This document shows, piece after piece, positions 32,839 through 44,409 of a stretch of DNA of 64,000 nt (positions are counted from its first letter, which is position 1; each line of letters opens with the position of its first letter). The stretch comes from an uncultured delta proteobacterium. GTDB lineage: Bacteria; Desulfobacterota; RBG-13-43-22. The position numbers were made by a program, and so were the translations under genes. A model generated the notes under the pieces. That model was not told the DNA's origin, searched no databases, and saw nothing but the letters and a program-made list of their open reading frames with translations. Where the stretch lies: NCBI GenBank assembly GCA_963743305.1, contig CAVUPH010000028.1, positions 1-64,000 of the forward strand. The letters are read 5' to 3'.

Positions 32839-35800
32839 TTGATTCTCTCCCGGATCTGTTGGTGTAGAGAGAGGGTCTGGGGATTGGGTTGACTTCTCAG
32901 TTCTTCCTTCAAATTTTTTTTCAGCGCCTCAAAGAACCGTAAGGCCTCATTATAATTTCCCAAAGTGAGGCAGAGCCGCATCAGATTCCGGCAGGCCCCT
33001 TCCTTCAGAGGGTCTGTCTCCAGGATTCGCTGGTAGTAGCCGACGGCCTTTCTTATCGATCCCCTGGCTACCGAAAGCTCCGCCAGTCGTTCCAGGGTTT
33101 CAATGAAGATCGTTTTCAGTTCGACCCGACGACGGTCAACGCTCGGCAAGGAGTTCTCCTCCGGTAGAAAATCCCCCTGGTACATTTCCAGCATCCGACC
33201 ATACTCCTCCATGGCGCCTCGGGTGTCGCCCAGCATTTCCCTGCGTCTTCCGGCTCCTGCGGATTTCAGGAATTCGTCCGTATCGATCCGAATAAACTCC
33301 GGGGCCAATTCCAGCCGGTTATGGCGCAGGTGAAGATAGGTGGAACCCAAGGTAGGATGAATCGCCGCCTCCAGTGATTTACGGAGACGCAATAAGGTCA
33401 CTTTAAAATTGTTTTCCCCTTTAGCGGTCTTCTCCAGGGGCCAAAGTTCTTCAATTAATATCTCTTTAGAGGCTTTCCCGCTCGGGTGGCAGAGCAAAGC
33501 GGTCAAGAGCTTTTTGGGTTGCTGTCCGACCCAGGACGTTTCGTTGATTTGGACTCCGTCCCGAATGATCCGCAATCCCCCCAAAGTCAATATCTCCAAG
33601 CCTGGGACGTTACGGTAATGGATGGTCCGCAGCAACCCTTGTTTTTCGGTCTGCAGCCCGGGAGAACGGTCCCACCCGGTCTTTAAGAGTTCCCGCTCAG
33701 CCGTGTCCGCATAAGGTTGATCTGTTAGGATCCTTCGGGCAATCGGATAAAGCGCTTCGATCCCTAGTTCAAAGACCAGCAGACACCCTTTCACTACGTC
33801 AGTGGGGCTGAGCAACAAGAAGTAATAATACTTTTTCTCTCGGGCCAGGGTCAACCCGGCCTGGATGTGTTTTTTGGCTTCAGGTTTATTGCCGTGGTCC
33901 CAGAAGATTACGGCCAGGGCCAGATGAGTGTCGATCAATAAGATGAAATTCTTTATGGTCAGGGCATAGCGGATAATTTCTTCCAGATCGCCGACGATTT
34001 CCTTGGTTCTAAACCGGTGATGGGCAATCAAGGCTTGAACGATCCGGGCTCCATATAATCGACTTTCACAATAGCCCCTCTCACTGGCGATATAATCCAT
34101 AGCTCGGGTAATTAGTTCAGCCGCTTTTTCATGCCGGTCGGACTTATAGTAGGCAAAACCCAACATGACCCGGGGGTTTCCTTTTAAAAAATCGTTATCC
34201 AGGGATTCGGCCAAACCAATTACCGTCTGAGTTTTATCTTCGGCCTTGGACAGACTGCCAAAAAAGCCCTGCCAAAAAATCTCAAAGGACAGGATCAGGA
34301 TATTAAAATAGAACAACCCATTTTCGGATATTAACTGCCAGGCCCTGGCCAGATTGTCGGCCGCCTTCCGGCTGTTCCCGGAAAAAATGTTAAAAAGGAT
34401 CAGGGCGTTATAAGACCAGGTTTTGGTCTCAATGTCTTTGATGGATCCGGACAATTTCTCTAGTTTTTGGGCTAGTCTTTCGGCCAGCCCGTATTCTCCT
34501 AAGATGCATAGTCCTTTCAATGAATTCCCTAAAGCCAGACACTCCAGTATCGGATTTTTCAAAGCGCTGGCCAGGCGGCCGGCCTTCTGGCTGTCCTGGT
34601 ATCCTTTCCGGGCATTTCCATACATGACCTGGTTGACGCCCATATTGAGCCAGACGTAGGCCTTCTCTTCCGAATAAGATTCAGGGGGGCTTTGGGCCAG
34701 CCACCACTCGGCTTGGGTGAATAACTCCAACAACGAACTCCAGGGCGCCCGGCAGACATTGGATGCCTCCAAGAGGTACGCCAGAGTTAGGAGGATTCCC
34801 TGGGTATCGGCTTTCTTTTCGAATAGGGACAGGCAGCAGGAAAAACGGTTCAGATTTTCATTCATCTCACTCCAGCGGCGGGTTAGGGAAAACAGCAAGA
34901 GCAGCCAGGGATCCTGCCGAATGGAAGCCTCTGAGAAGGCCTGAAGTATTTTTGAGAGGTCTTCCGTTCTCCCCTTGGCAACCATCTCCAGCCCGATCTG
35001 CTTGATGATTTCGGCCGCCGCGGCCAGGTTGTTCGCCCGAAGAAAAAATTGAACCGCCTCATCCGGATTGCCCCGATTCTGAAATAGAAGTGCCGCGCGT
35101 TGATACTGGTCGACCTTTTCCTGTTCGGACAGGGTCTCCTCGAACCGGGTCAGCAAGAATTCCCGGAACAATTGGTGAAAACGGAAGACCCACCCCTTCC
35201 CCGGTTCGTAGCTTTCCTGAACAAAAAGGTTTCGGCGGGCGAAATCCTTGAGGATCCCCTCCGCCTCCGCCGCACCGGCCAACCCCCGCACCAGATCCGG
35301 ATCGACAAACGGAACCAGCGCCGACTTGACCAATAAATCCTGAACTTCGGGCGATTGGGCGGCAAAGATCTCTTGCCCTAAGTACTCAAAGGCCTCTATC
35401 CGGAAACGGTCCAATCCCCCGTCCCCCAAAAACTGGTCCGGCGCTACCGCTGGATTTTTTCCTAATGTTTCGCCCAACAGAATCAGGCCCCCCACCCAAC
35501 CTCCGGTAATCTGATGTATTTTCCCAAGTGGCTCGGCCTCGAGGGAAATCTTCCGGGTCCGGGTGAAAAAATCCCGAATTTCCGTTCGGGTGAATGCCAG
35601 GTCTTCGTTTTTCAGCACCAAAGCCTGTTGTCGAACATTCAAAGAGTCATAGTTGAAATCCCCCGGCGGGGTTTGGCGAGAGCAGAGGACCAGCCGGAGT
35701 TCTGGCGGAGATTCGTCCAAAAGGACCTGCAGGAAGGAGAAGGCCGGCGAATCGGAATTTAACCGGTCGAGGCCATCGAGGGCCAAAAAAACCGGCCCGA

Positions 35801-36173
35801 GAATAAATTCTCCCAGCCCCCGGATCCATTCCCGGTAGAAACCTACGGGATCCCGGGGGCCCATAGTCCGGGAAGGAAAATCCAGCAGAGAAGACCACTC
35901 CCTCCCCGACAGTACCCGCTGAAGCGCCTGAATGATGATCTGGAAAAGATTGACCGGATCGGATTCCTCCGCCCCCAGGTTCACCCAAGCAGCCGGGATA
36001 CCGGACCGCTCCAGAAAAGACGCCGCCAGGGTGGATTTTCCTTGGGCCGCCTGGCCCAGGATCAGGATCAATTTCTTGCCCGTATTCTTTTTCAAAAGGT
36101 TCAGCAGTCGCCGACGCGGTAGCGTGTTGGTGACTTGGGGGGGCGTAATCTTAGGGAGGTTGATGGGGGCCAT
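32829..36173 (-). CDS. MalT-like STAND ATPase-TPR-BTAD (SARP) transcriptional regulator, copy A
   Basis: KITPP..LPRRRLL, GQAAQGKST, FRFHQLFREFL, YQGDFLP, DPLKEGACR; likely start MAPINL at 36173. Confidence 0.9.
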   Translation of the reverse strand: MAPINLPKITPPQVTNTLPRRRLLNLLKKNTGKKLILILGQAAQGKSTLAASFLERSGIPAAWVNLGAEESDPVNLFQIIIQALQRVLSGREWSSLLDFPSRTMGPRDPVGFYREWIRGLGEFILGPVFLALDGLDRLNSDSPAFSFLQVLLDESPPELRLVLCSRQTPPGDFNYDSLNVRQQALVLKNEDLAFTRTEIRDFFTRTRKISLEAEPLGKIHQITGGWVGGLILLGETLGKNPAVAPDQFLGDGGLDRFRIEAFEYLGQEIFAAQSPEVQDLLVKSALVPFVDPDLVRGLAGAAEAEGILKDFARRNLFVQESYEPGKGWVFRFHQLFREFLLTRFEETLSEQEKVDQYQRAALLFQNRGNPDEAVQFFLRANNLAAAAEIIKQIGLEMVAKGRTEDLSKILQAFSEASIRQDPWLLLLFSLTRRWSEMNENLNRFSCCLSLFEKKADTQGILLTLAYLLEASNVCRAPWSSLLELFTQAEWWLAQSPPESYSEEKAYVWLNMGVNQVMYGNARKGYQDSQKAGRLASALKNPILECLALGNSLKGLCILGEYGLAERLAQKLEKLSGSIKDIETKTWSYNALILFNIFSGNSRKAADNLARAWQLISENGLFYFNILILSFEIFWQGFFGSLSKAEDKTQTVIGLAESLDNDFLKGNPRVMLGFAYYKSDRHEKAAELITRAMDYIASERGYCESRLYGARIVQALIAHHRFRTKEIVGDLEEIIRYALTIKNFILLIDTHLALAVIFWDHGNKPEAKKHIQAGLTLAREKKYYYFLLLSPTDVVKGCLLVFELGIEALYPIARRILTDQPYADTAERELLKTGWDRSPGLQTEKQGLLRTIHYRNVPGLEILTLGGLRIIRDGVQINETSWVGQQPKKLLTALLCHPSGKASKEILIEELWPLEKTAKGENNFKVTLLRLRKSLEAAIHPTLGSTYLHLRHNRLELAPEFIRIDTDEFLKSAGAGRRREMLGDTRGAMEEYGRMLEMYQGDFLPEENSLPSVDRRRVELKTIFIETLERLAELSVARGSIRKAVGYYQRILETDPLKEGACRNLMRLCLTLGNYNEALRFFEALKKNLKEELRSQPNPQTLSLHQQIRERINQK

Positions 36174-36312
36174 GAAATAGTACTTGTCTGCTCGGACGGC
36201 GTGACCGCCGGTTGTTCCCGCTTGACTAGCGGATTTCAAACCCGCCAACCATTAACCCGGTCCCAAATAACAAACCATGTAGCAACGACCGGCGGATTGC
36301 CCTAGCCAATCG

Positions 36313-39300
36313 TCATTCGATCCGGAAAACCGAGCGGATACGGTTATAAAGGGCCAGGGTTTGGGGATCGGGCCGGCTTTTTAATTCTTGGCGCAGATTC
36401 TTTCTAAGGGTTTCGAAAACCCGCAGGGCTTCGTTAAAGTTGCTCAGGCTCAGGGACAACCGCATGAAAGCCCGGCAGGCTCCTTCTTGTAAGGGATCGG
36501 CGTCCAGGATGCGCCGGTAATAGCCGGCTGCTTTCTTCAGCGATCCCTGCTCCTCGGAAAGTTTGGCCAGACGCAGCAGGGTCTCGATGAAAATCCTCCT
36601 CAGTTCGTCCCGCCTTCGGTCCACGCCGGGAAGCGAGTTTTCCAGGGGCAGAAAATCGCCCAGGTAATATTCCAGCGCTTTCCCGTACTCTTCCAGGGCT
36701 CCCCGGGCATCTTGCGCCCGATCTTTCCATCTTCCCCTGTCTACCGCTATCAGGAATTCGTCCACGTCGGTCCGGGCGAACTCCGGATTCAGGAAGACCA
36801 TATTGTTCCGCAAGTGAACATAGGAAGAACCGAAGGTCGGATGAATGTCCAGTTCCAGGAATTTCCGCAACCGCATGAGATTCACCTTGAAATTGTTCTC
36901 CCCCCGGTCGGCATCTTCTTCCGGCCAGAGTTCTTCAATCAGGACATCTTTTGAAACTTTCCCGCCGGGATGGCAGAGCAGGGCCAGCAAAAGCCTCTTG
37001 GGCTGGTGGCGAGTCCAACCCTCCTCGCCCACCCGGGATTCCCCCCGGGTGATCTGTAATCCTCCCAGGGTCTTGATCTCCAGAAATGGCACCTGTCGGT
37101 TATGGATGATCCGCAGCAATTCCAACCCCAGCGACCGCATCCGCGGAGAAGGATGGCTCTCCAGCTTCATTAATTCCGGTGTGGCGTGCTCGGCATAGCG
37201 GTTGGCCAACAGCTCCCGGGCCAGCGCCTGGGCCTCGGTCACCTCCAGTTCGTAAACCAGGAGGCAGGCTTGGACGCTATCCCCAGGACTCAAGAAAAAG
37301 AAATGCCTAAAGCCCTTGTCCCGGGCTATCCGGAAGCCGGTCTTGAGGTGCTCAACGGCCTCCGTCTCTTCCCCGTAATCGTGCTGGATCAGAGCCAAAG
37401 CCAGATGGGCCTGGGTTTGAAATAGAAAGTTGTTAATCTCTTGGCTATAATGCAAAAGGTTTTCGAGATCACTAATGATCTCTTCCTGGTCTTTCCGCGG
37501 GTGCTCGATTAAAATCCGAATAATATCAGCCGAGCACTTGTAGACCTCAGAATAGCCTTCACCACTTGAAAAAATTTTAATACACTTGGTCAAATGCTCT
37601 TGGGCTTCATCCAACACCCCCGCTCGGTAAAGGGAAATCCCCAGCCAATGGTGCATCGTTCCCTCATAAAATTTACTTCCTAACGAACCCGCGATACCGA
37701 TATTTTCAATCCCCTTGGTTTTGGCAATTTTCGGATCTCCTAAGAGGGCCAGGTATATTATTTCGAAGAGGAGCATGGGCATCTGAAAATACGAAAGCCC
37801 GTTTTCGGCAATGATCTTTTTCGCTTCAACTATAGATTCAAAGGCCTTCTCCCGGTTACCAATGACGGTGTTATAGAATATGATTGCCGTTGCATACCAG
37901 ATCTTGGATTCCACATACGGAAGATGACCGACTAGTCTTTCCAAGGTTTCGTAAACCTCTTCCGCCGCGGTGAGATCTCCAAGCATCGTCAGATTAGTCA
38001 GGGAATGGGATAAAATAGTGACTTCTAGAATTGGGTTATCCAACATCTTGGCCAGGAGGTACGCCTGTTGAAAAGCCTGATATCCTTTGTAGGGATTTCC
38101 TCGAACCATATTGGCAAACCCGACTTGAAGCCAGAGGAAGGCTCTCCACTGAGGCAGCTTTCCCAATTGGGGAGCTGCGCTCCATTCTTCGGCTTTATCC
38201 AGACAGGCGCGAAGCGTTTTCCATTCCAGGCCAACCACCATGAACGCCTCGATCAGGAAGGCCAAACATAAAACTACCCCCTTGGCATCCTGCCCTTTTT
38301 CAAAATGGACCAGGCACCGCTCAAGCCTGGCTACATTCTGGGGAAATTCCATCCAGCGTCGGGTCAGGGATAATAACAAGAGCAGCCACGGGTCCTGCTG
38401 AATCTTCTCATCCGGTAGGACCTTGAGGAATCCCGAAAGATCCTCGGTACGGCCTTTATTGAAAAGGTCCAACCCGATCATTTTGATGATTCCCGCAACC
38501 GCTTCAAAGTCTTTGGCCTGGAGGTATAAGTTCCCCGCCGCTTCCAGGTCCCCCCGCTTTTCGAACAGGGAAGCCGCCTTCCGGTACATAGCGGCCCTCT
38601 CTTCTTCCGAAAAAATCTCCTGAAAGCGGTTCAGTAAAAATTCCCGGAACAACTGATGGAAACGGAAGATCCAGCCCTTGCCCGGTTCATAGATCCCCTG
38701 CACAAAAAGGTTCCGGCGGGCAAATTTCCTGAGGATTTCTTCGGTGTCCACCCCCCCACTCAACTCGCGTATAAGGGAGGGGTCCACGAATGGCACCAGC
38801 GAGGCCCGGATCAGCATATCCTGAACCACCGGTGGTTGGGCGGCGAAAATTTCCCGCCCCAAATACTCAAAGGCCTCCACCCGAAAACGGGTCAGAAACC
38901 CGTCCCTCAGAAACAGATCCGGATCCGCGGCCAGATCCCGTCCCAGGATCTCGGCCATCAGGATCAGGCCCCCGATCCAGCCCTCGGTGGCCTGCCGGAT
39001 TTTATCGAGCGGCTGCGACTTGAGGACAATCCTCCGGGTCCGGCTGAAAAAATCCCGAATCTCGGTACGGGTGAAGGCCAGGTCCTTATTGTTCAGCACC
39101 AAGGCCTGCTGTTGCATTTTCAAGGGCTGATAATTGAAAGCCGCCGAAGGCGTCTGGCGGGAGCAAAGAACCAGACTGAGTTCGGGTGGGGATTCTTCCA
39201 ACAGGATCTGCAAAAATGAAAAGGCCGGGGAATCGGAAATCAGCCGGTCGAGGCCGTCCAGGGCCAGAAAAATCGGGGAGGAGATGAAGCCCGCCAGACC

Positions 39301-39654
39301 CCGGACCCATTCCCGATAAAAACCGGCCGGGTCCCGGGGACCCATGGTCCGGGAAGGGTATTCCAGAAGGGAGGAGAAATCACCTTCCGGCAACACCTGT
39401 TGCAGTGAATCGATAAGGGCATAGAAAAGGTTGACCGGGTCGGACTCCTCCGGGCCCAGGTTCACCCAGGCCGAAGGGATCGGGACCTGTTCAAGAAAGG
39501 AGGCCGCCAGGGTGGACTTTCCCTGGGCCGCCTGGCCCAGGATCAGGATCAGCTTCTTGTCCATACTCTTTTTCAATAGGTTGAGCAGCCGCGGGCGCGG
39601 CAGGGTGTTGGTCAACTGCGGGGGCGTTATCTTGGATAGGCTGACAGGGGTCAC
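36313..39654 (-). CDS. MalT-like STAND ATPase-TPR-BTAD (SARP) transcriptional regulator, copy B
   Basis: Same motifs as copy A; tandem paralogue. Confidence 0.9.
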   Translation of the reverse strand: MTPVSLSKITPPQLTNTLPRPRLLNLLKKSMDKKLILILGQAAQGKSTLAASFLEQVPIPSAWVNLGPEESDPVNLFYALIDSLQQVLPEGDFSSLLEYPSRTMGPRDPAGFYREWVRGLAGFISSPIFLALDGLDRLISDSPAFSFLQILLEESPPELSLVLCSRQTPSAAFNYQPLKMQQQALVLNNKDLAFTRTEIRDFFSRTRRIVLKSQPLDKIRQATEGWIGGLILMAEILGRDLAADPDLFLRDGFLTRFRVEAFEYLGREIFAAQPPVVQDMLIRASLVPFVDPSLIRELSGGVDTEEILRKFARRNLFVQGIYEPGKGWIFRFHQLFREFLLNRFQEIFSEEERAAMYRKAASLFEKRGDLEAAGNLYLQAKDFEAVAGIIKMIGLDLFNKGRTEDLSGFLKVLPDEKIQQDPWLLLLLSLTRRWMEFPQNVARLERCLVHFEKGQDAKGVVLCLAFLIEAFMVVGLEWKTLRACLDKAEEWSAAPQLGKLPQWRAFLWLQVGFANMVRGNPYKGYQAFQQAYLLAKMLDNPILEVTILSHSLTNLTMLGDLTAAEEVYETLERLVGHLPYVESKIWYATAIIFYNTVIGNREKAFESIVEAKKIIAENGLSYFQMPMLLFEIIYLALLGDPKIAKTKGIENIGIAGSLGSKFYEGTMHHWLGISLYRAGVLDEAQEHLTKCIKIFSSGEGYSEVYKCSADIIRILIEHPRKDQEEIISDLENLLHYSQEINNFLFQTQAHLALALIQHDYGEETEAVEHLKTGFRIARDKGFRHFFFLSPGDSVQACLLVYELEVTEAQALARELLANRYAEHATPELMKLESHPSPRMRSLGLELLRIIHNRQVPFLEIKTLGGLQITRGESRVGEEGWTRHQPKRLLLALLCHPGGKVSKDVLIEELWPEEDADRGENNFKVNLMRLRKFLELDIHPTFGSSYVHLRNNMVFLNPEFARTDVDEFLIAVDRGRWKDRAQDARGALEEYGKALEYYLGDFLPLENSLPGVDRRRDELRRIFIETLLRLAKLSEEQGSLKKAAGYYRRILDADPLQEGACRAFMRLSLSLSNFNEALRVFETLRKNLRQELKSRPDPQTLALYNRIRSVFRIE

Positions 39655-39794
39655 AGGAGCCGGCGAAACCTCATCGTGGGATATTCAGAATGCCTGGAGG
39701 ATTTATATCATATATATATCAAAAAATAATCTCTTATTTGTTAAATTTTCGTGGGTTGTGGTGGGGGGGGTTGGGTCCCGGCAGGACTAGAACC

Positions 39795-39820
39795 GGGCGG
39801 GTCTGGAACCCGCCCCTACT
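39795..39820. repeat. REP-like hairpin GGGCGGG-tctggaa-CCCGCCC-CTAC
   Basis: The minus strand reads GTAGGGGCGGGTTCCAGACCCGCCC, a GTAG-type REP pattern. Confidence 0.55.
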
Positions 39821-41001
39821 TCTTTGTTATTTTGGTCCCCTCCTTGATCTGGTTGGTGGGATGGGAGATGACCCAATCGCCTTCTTTCAGGCCCTGCAGG
39901 AGCTCGACTTCCCGTGGGCTGCGGTGTCCCACTTTCACAATCTGCTTTTTCGCCCGGCCATTGCGGGACGCGAACAGAGCCCAATCCTTTCCGGATCGGA
40001 ACAGGGCGCCGGCCGGGACCTTCAAGATATTCTGACCTTCCCAAATGACAATTCGAGCCTCTACCCGGTAGTCGTCGCCCAGGGGCCCGGGCGGGTCCAT
40101 AAAATCCGCTACCACATTGACCCGTTGCTCTTCGATCCCCAGGGCCGAGACCTTGGTGAATCCCTGGTCCTCGATCAGTCGGACCCGGGCCCGCAAGGGT
40201 TGTTCCCCGCCCCAGTTTTCCAGAATAACCGGCATCCCCGGCCGGACCTTCACCGCTTCACTGGACAGGAGGTCCACCACCACTTCCAGCCTGGTGGGAT
40301 CCCCCACCACCACGAGGGGTGTCCCGGCCGGAACCACCCGCTCGCTTTTTTCCTGAATTTTTAAGACCCGCCCGCTGACCGGGGACGAAACGGTGATCAG
40401 ACCTCCGGTCTTCCCCTGACTCCTTTCCGCGGCCAGCAAACGAGCCCGACTTAATTCCACTTCATAAGCCGCCGCCTTGGCCCGGAAACGGGCGGCCTCC
40501 AAGTCGCTGGCGCCGGTTATCTCCGCCTTCTCGGACTGCTCATAGGCCTGCCTGGAAATTCCGCCGGCCTTGAACAGTCGCTGGTAACGGTCCCGCTCCC
40601 GCTTGCCCTGTTCATGGACGGCCTGGGCTTCCTTCGACCTTCTCTTCGCTTGCCCGTTGGAGGGCCAGATTCATCTGAACTCGGGCTTGGGCTTCGGCCA
40701 GTTCTCGAGGGTCCAGAGGTGACGGGTGGAGCCAGGCGACCACTTGTCCCTGTCTCACTCGATCGCCTTCCCGCCAGTCCAGGCGGGTCAGGCGTCCGCT
40801 TACCGGGGCGGCCACCACATACCGATCCCGGGCCCGGGTCTTCCCCTGTTCGTCGATGGTCACCGTCAAAACCCCTTTTTGGGCCTGGGCCAAATCCACC
40901 GGCACCGGTTTCGGCCACCAGATCCAGATAACAAGGGCGGCCGGGATCAAAACCGCAACGACCGCCAACAACTTTCTTTTTAGGGATTTCATTGATTTCA
41001 C
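39816..41001 (-). CDS. Efflux periplasmic adaptor subunit (HlyD/MFP family), frameshifted
   Basis: EQGKTRARDRYVVAAPVSG, SPVSGRVL, VSALGIEEQRV. Confidence 0.85.
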
Positions 41002-41023
41002 CTAACCTGAACCAGTGAAAGCC

Positions 41024-41130
41024 AATTCACCGCAATGACGCTGTAATTCTTTTAGGAAAATCGGCGCCTCGGTCGAGTTTCACACGGCATCCCAATTCTT
41101 TGCGTCCTTCGCGCCTCTGGCGGTGAAATT
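41024..41130. repeat. Degenerate inverted-repeat element AATTCACCGC...GCGGTGAAATT
   Basis: Terminal inverted repeats bracket the intergenic region. Confidence 0.45.
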
Positions 41131-41137
41131 ACGTTTT

Positions 41138-43502
41138 TTACTCCCTGGTCTTCAACACCGCGATCAGATCCAGGTGTTTAATCCTCCGGCGAACTAAAAG
41201 GCCCGACAGCAAGGCCGAAACCGCCACAATCAGAAAGGCCAGCGCATAGGTCTTCCCGGTGATTACCAGGGGCAAGCGGTATAACTCCGACTCGGAGGCC
41301 CGAATGACCAAAGCGCAGACTCCCCAGCCCAGCAGGCAGCCCAGGGGTATGGCCAGAAGGGTTAAAAGGGCCTGCTCCCCCAAGAGGAGGACGCCGACCT
41401 CCCGCTGGGTGAATCCCAGAACCCTCAAGCTGGCCAACTCATTCCCTCGCTCGGAGAGGGCGATGCGGGCTCCATTATAAACCAGGCCGAAAGCAATCAC
41501 GCAAGCAAAAACGATCAGCATGGTGGTGGAAATCATCATATTTTCAGCAATGGTTTGCTTGAAGCTTTCCAGCATGGCCTCCCGGATCCCCACCCCGCTC
41601 ACCGCCGGGGTCTGTTTAAGCCGGGAGTATAATTGAGCGGCCTGAAGGGGTTCCACGGCCAGATAAGGCTCCGGAGACGGTAGGCTCCTCCTCCAGCAGA
41701 CGGTTCAAGGCCCGGATATCCATGTAGGCCGAAATCCCGATCAGTTCGTCCACCAGCTCGGCAACGAGCATTGTTTTGACCGGTCTCCTTCCCTCCAAAA
41801 CCTCAATTTGCAGAGCATCCCCGACCGAGACGCCCAGGATCTCAGCCAGCTTGGTGTTCAACACGATCCCCTCGGAGGGCAGGGATAGCGGCCGCAGCCG
41901 ACTATCGACCAGGGAACGGAGCCGCCCGTCCGGGGTTAACCCTAAGACCCCCAGGCGTTTGGATCGATGTTCAAACCGTAGACGGACCGGGACCATTCGA
42001 AACGTTTCGGAGGCCTTGACTCCCGGCAGATGATTCAGATCATAGCGAACCCGCGCCGGGCGGGGGTTATGGAAGAGCAGGGTGGCATCCTCCCGCTGAA
42101 TGATCCCGAACTGGACCTTCATAATATAATCGATGGCGTCGAAGCCGTAAAACCCGACCACCAAAATGGCCACCGCCCAGGCGATGCCGAAGACCGACAG
42201 AAAGGCTTTCGCTTTCTTTCGAGCCAGGTTGCGCAGGATCATGCGGGCCGCCGGATGAAACAGGCCCTGCAGTCCCAGGCCTTCCAACCATCCGGTTCGA
42301 AATCGGGCCGGAGGTTCCGGGCGCATGGCCTCAGCCGGGGGCAGGGCCACCGCTCTCCAGACGGCCGTCAGGGCGCCCAGGCAGGCCGAGCCGCCGCTGA
42401 TCAGCAGGGCCCAGCCGACCAAAGAAGGGGTGGTCCGGAAGCGAAGGGCGGGAAAATGAAAAAATCGGGAATACATCTCGGAGAGGTAGCTGCCGAACCA
42501 GATCCCCAAGGCGAATCCCAGGAGGGCCCCCCCCGCGATGATCACCAGAGCAAATTTCAGGTAGTGCCCCCCGATGGACCAGCGCGTGTAGCCGAAGGAC
42601 TTCAACAGGGCGATCTGCGGCCGCTGCAGAGCAATCATCCGGGAGAGGATGATGTGGATCAAAAAGGCGGCGATGCCCAGGAAGATGGAGGGGATGAAGA
42701 TGCCGGTCACCCGATCCTGGGCAATTTCATCGGAGAGAAAGCGATGGGAAATCTGCTCGTCCCGGCCATAGGCCCCCAGGCCGCCGTAGTCCTCCAGCAG
42801 CCGGTCCAGTTGGGCGATGATGGCGGCCGGATTCGCCCCGGGGGAGAGGGTCAGCGATACATCGTTGAAACCCTCCTTCAGGTCAAAGGCCGGACCCAAT
42901 ATCTCCCGACTCATCCAGAGGATCCCGAAACGGCGGTTGTCCGGGAAGATTTCGACGCCCCGGATTTCATAGACATACTCGGGCGAAATAGCAATCCCGA
43001 CGATACGCAACTGCTTCCGGCGTCCGTTCAGGATCGCCCCGAAGGTATCCCCGATCTTTAATCGGTTAGCGGAGGCGAAGGCCTCACTGATCAGCACCTC
43101 GTCCCGCTGCCGGGGTTCTATATAACGGCCCTCCCGCAGGTAAAGATCGTTGAGTCGGGGCCGGAATTTTTCCGGTATCGAAACCAGCCGTCCAGTGGCC
43201 GGCTCTTCCAGGCCGGGCACATCGAGCGCCACGTCGAAGACTACGCGGGTGTCCACCTGCGCCACACCCGGGATAGCGGCCAGACGGGGAACCAGGGATT
43301 CCGGGGCTCGTTTGACTTGAGCGAAGATCTCGGCGAAACGGGATTCACGGTAATATTCGGCCTGGGAAACCACCAGGGACTCGTAGGCGCTGCGCATGGT
43401 GATGTAGCTGGCCATCCCGCAGGCCACCACCAGCATGACGGCCAGCACCTGACCGCTCAAATGGACCAAGTCCCGAAGTAGCTTGCGGTTGAGGCTGGTC
43501 AT
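41138..43502 (-). CDS. ABC transporter permease (FtsX/MacB-like), one frameshift near 41660
   Basis: [37 protein letters not shown]. Confidence 0.88.
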
Positions 43503-43558
43503 TCGATCATTTGAATTTGTTTCGGATTTAACACCCCGGGCAGCGATCTATCCTAGGA

Positions 43559-44290
43559 TTACCAGCTCAACTCGCTTGGAGATGCCCGTTTTTCATTCTT
43601 CCGGATTTCCACGATTTCGCCGCTGCTGATCCGGATCACCCGGTCGGCCATGGCGGCGATGGCGGCATTGTGGGTGATGACCACCGTGATGGTGCCTAAC
43701 CTCCGGTTGACCTCTTCCAGGACTTCGAGGACCAGTTTACCGGTGGCGTAGTCCAGGGCCCCGGTCGGTTCGTCGCAAAGGAGCACATCCGGTTGCTTGA
43801 CCACCGCCCGGGCAATGGCCACCCGCTGCTGCTCCCCGCCGGAAAGCTGGGCCGGAAAATGATGCAGCCGGTCGCCCAGACCCACCCATTTCAGGGCTTC
43901 CTTCGGGTCCATGGGTTTTTCGGCGATCTCGGTCACCAAACTGACGTTCTCCAGCGCAGTCAGGCTGGGGATCAAATTGTAAAACTGAAAGACGAAACCC
44001 ACGTGCTCCCGCCGGAAGAGGGTCAGGGCCTGATCATCCAACGTCGTCAAATTATGGTCCAGGTAGTAAACCTCTCCGCCGCTGGGGACGTCGAGCCCGC
44101 CCAGGATATTTACCAGGGTGGATTTCCCGCTCCCTGAGGGGCCCAGCAAAACGACGAACTCGCCGGCATATAAGTCCAAATCCACTTTTTTCAGGGCCGG
44201 CACTATCACCTCTCCGAGGGTGTAAACCTTGGAGACATTTTGAAGGTGGAATACCGGCGGCCCGGGATATTTTTTCGTCTCTCGCGACAT
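43559..44290 (-). CDS. ABC transporter ATP-binding protein (LolD/MacB-like)
   Basis: [25 protein letters not shown]. Confidence 0.95.
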   Translation of the reverse strand: MSRETKKYPGPPVFHLQNVSKVYTLGEVIVPALKKVDLDLYAGEFVVLLGPSGSGKSTLVNILGGLDVPSGGEVYYLDHNLTTLDDQALTLFRREHVGFVFQFYNLIPSLTALENVSLVTEIAEKPMDPKEALKWVGLGDRLHHFPAQLSGGEQQRVAIARAVVKQPDVLLCDEPTGALDYATGKLVLEVLEEVNRRLGTITVVITHNAAIAAMADRVIRISSGEIVEIRKNEKRASPSELSW

Positions 44291-44345
44291 GGCCTCTTCT
44301 GCAATCTTTTTTTCTTATATCCTACCTGATCCAAATCCTCCATGT

Positions 44346-44375
44346 AAAAAAAAAGGGCGGGGTAAACCCGCCCTT
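44346..44375 (-). terminator. Intrinsic terminator downstream of cooS
   Basis: AAGGGCGGG-loop-CCCGCCCTT followed by a U-tract on the minus strand. Confidence 0.8.
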
Positions 44376-44409
44376 CACTCCTGGAGTAGGAGATAATTTC
44401 CACTTCCGG

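Noticed and set aside
32829-39654. Avs-type antiviral STAND or diversity-generating retroelement target
   Set aside because: The architecture ends in a DNA-binding/BTAD module with no nuclease effector; no reverse transcriptase or adenine-specific repeat pair was seen
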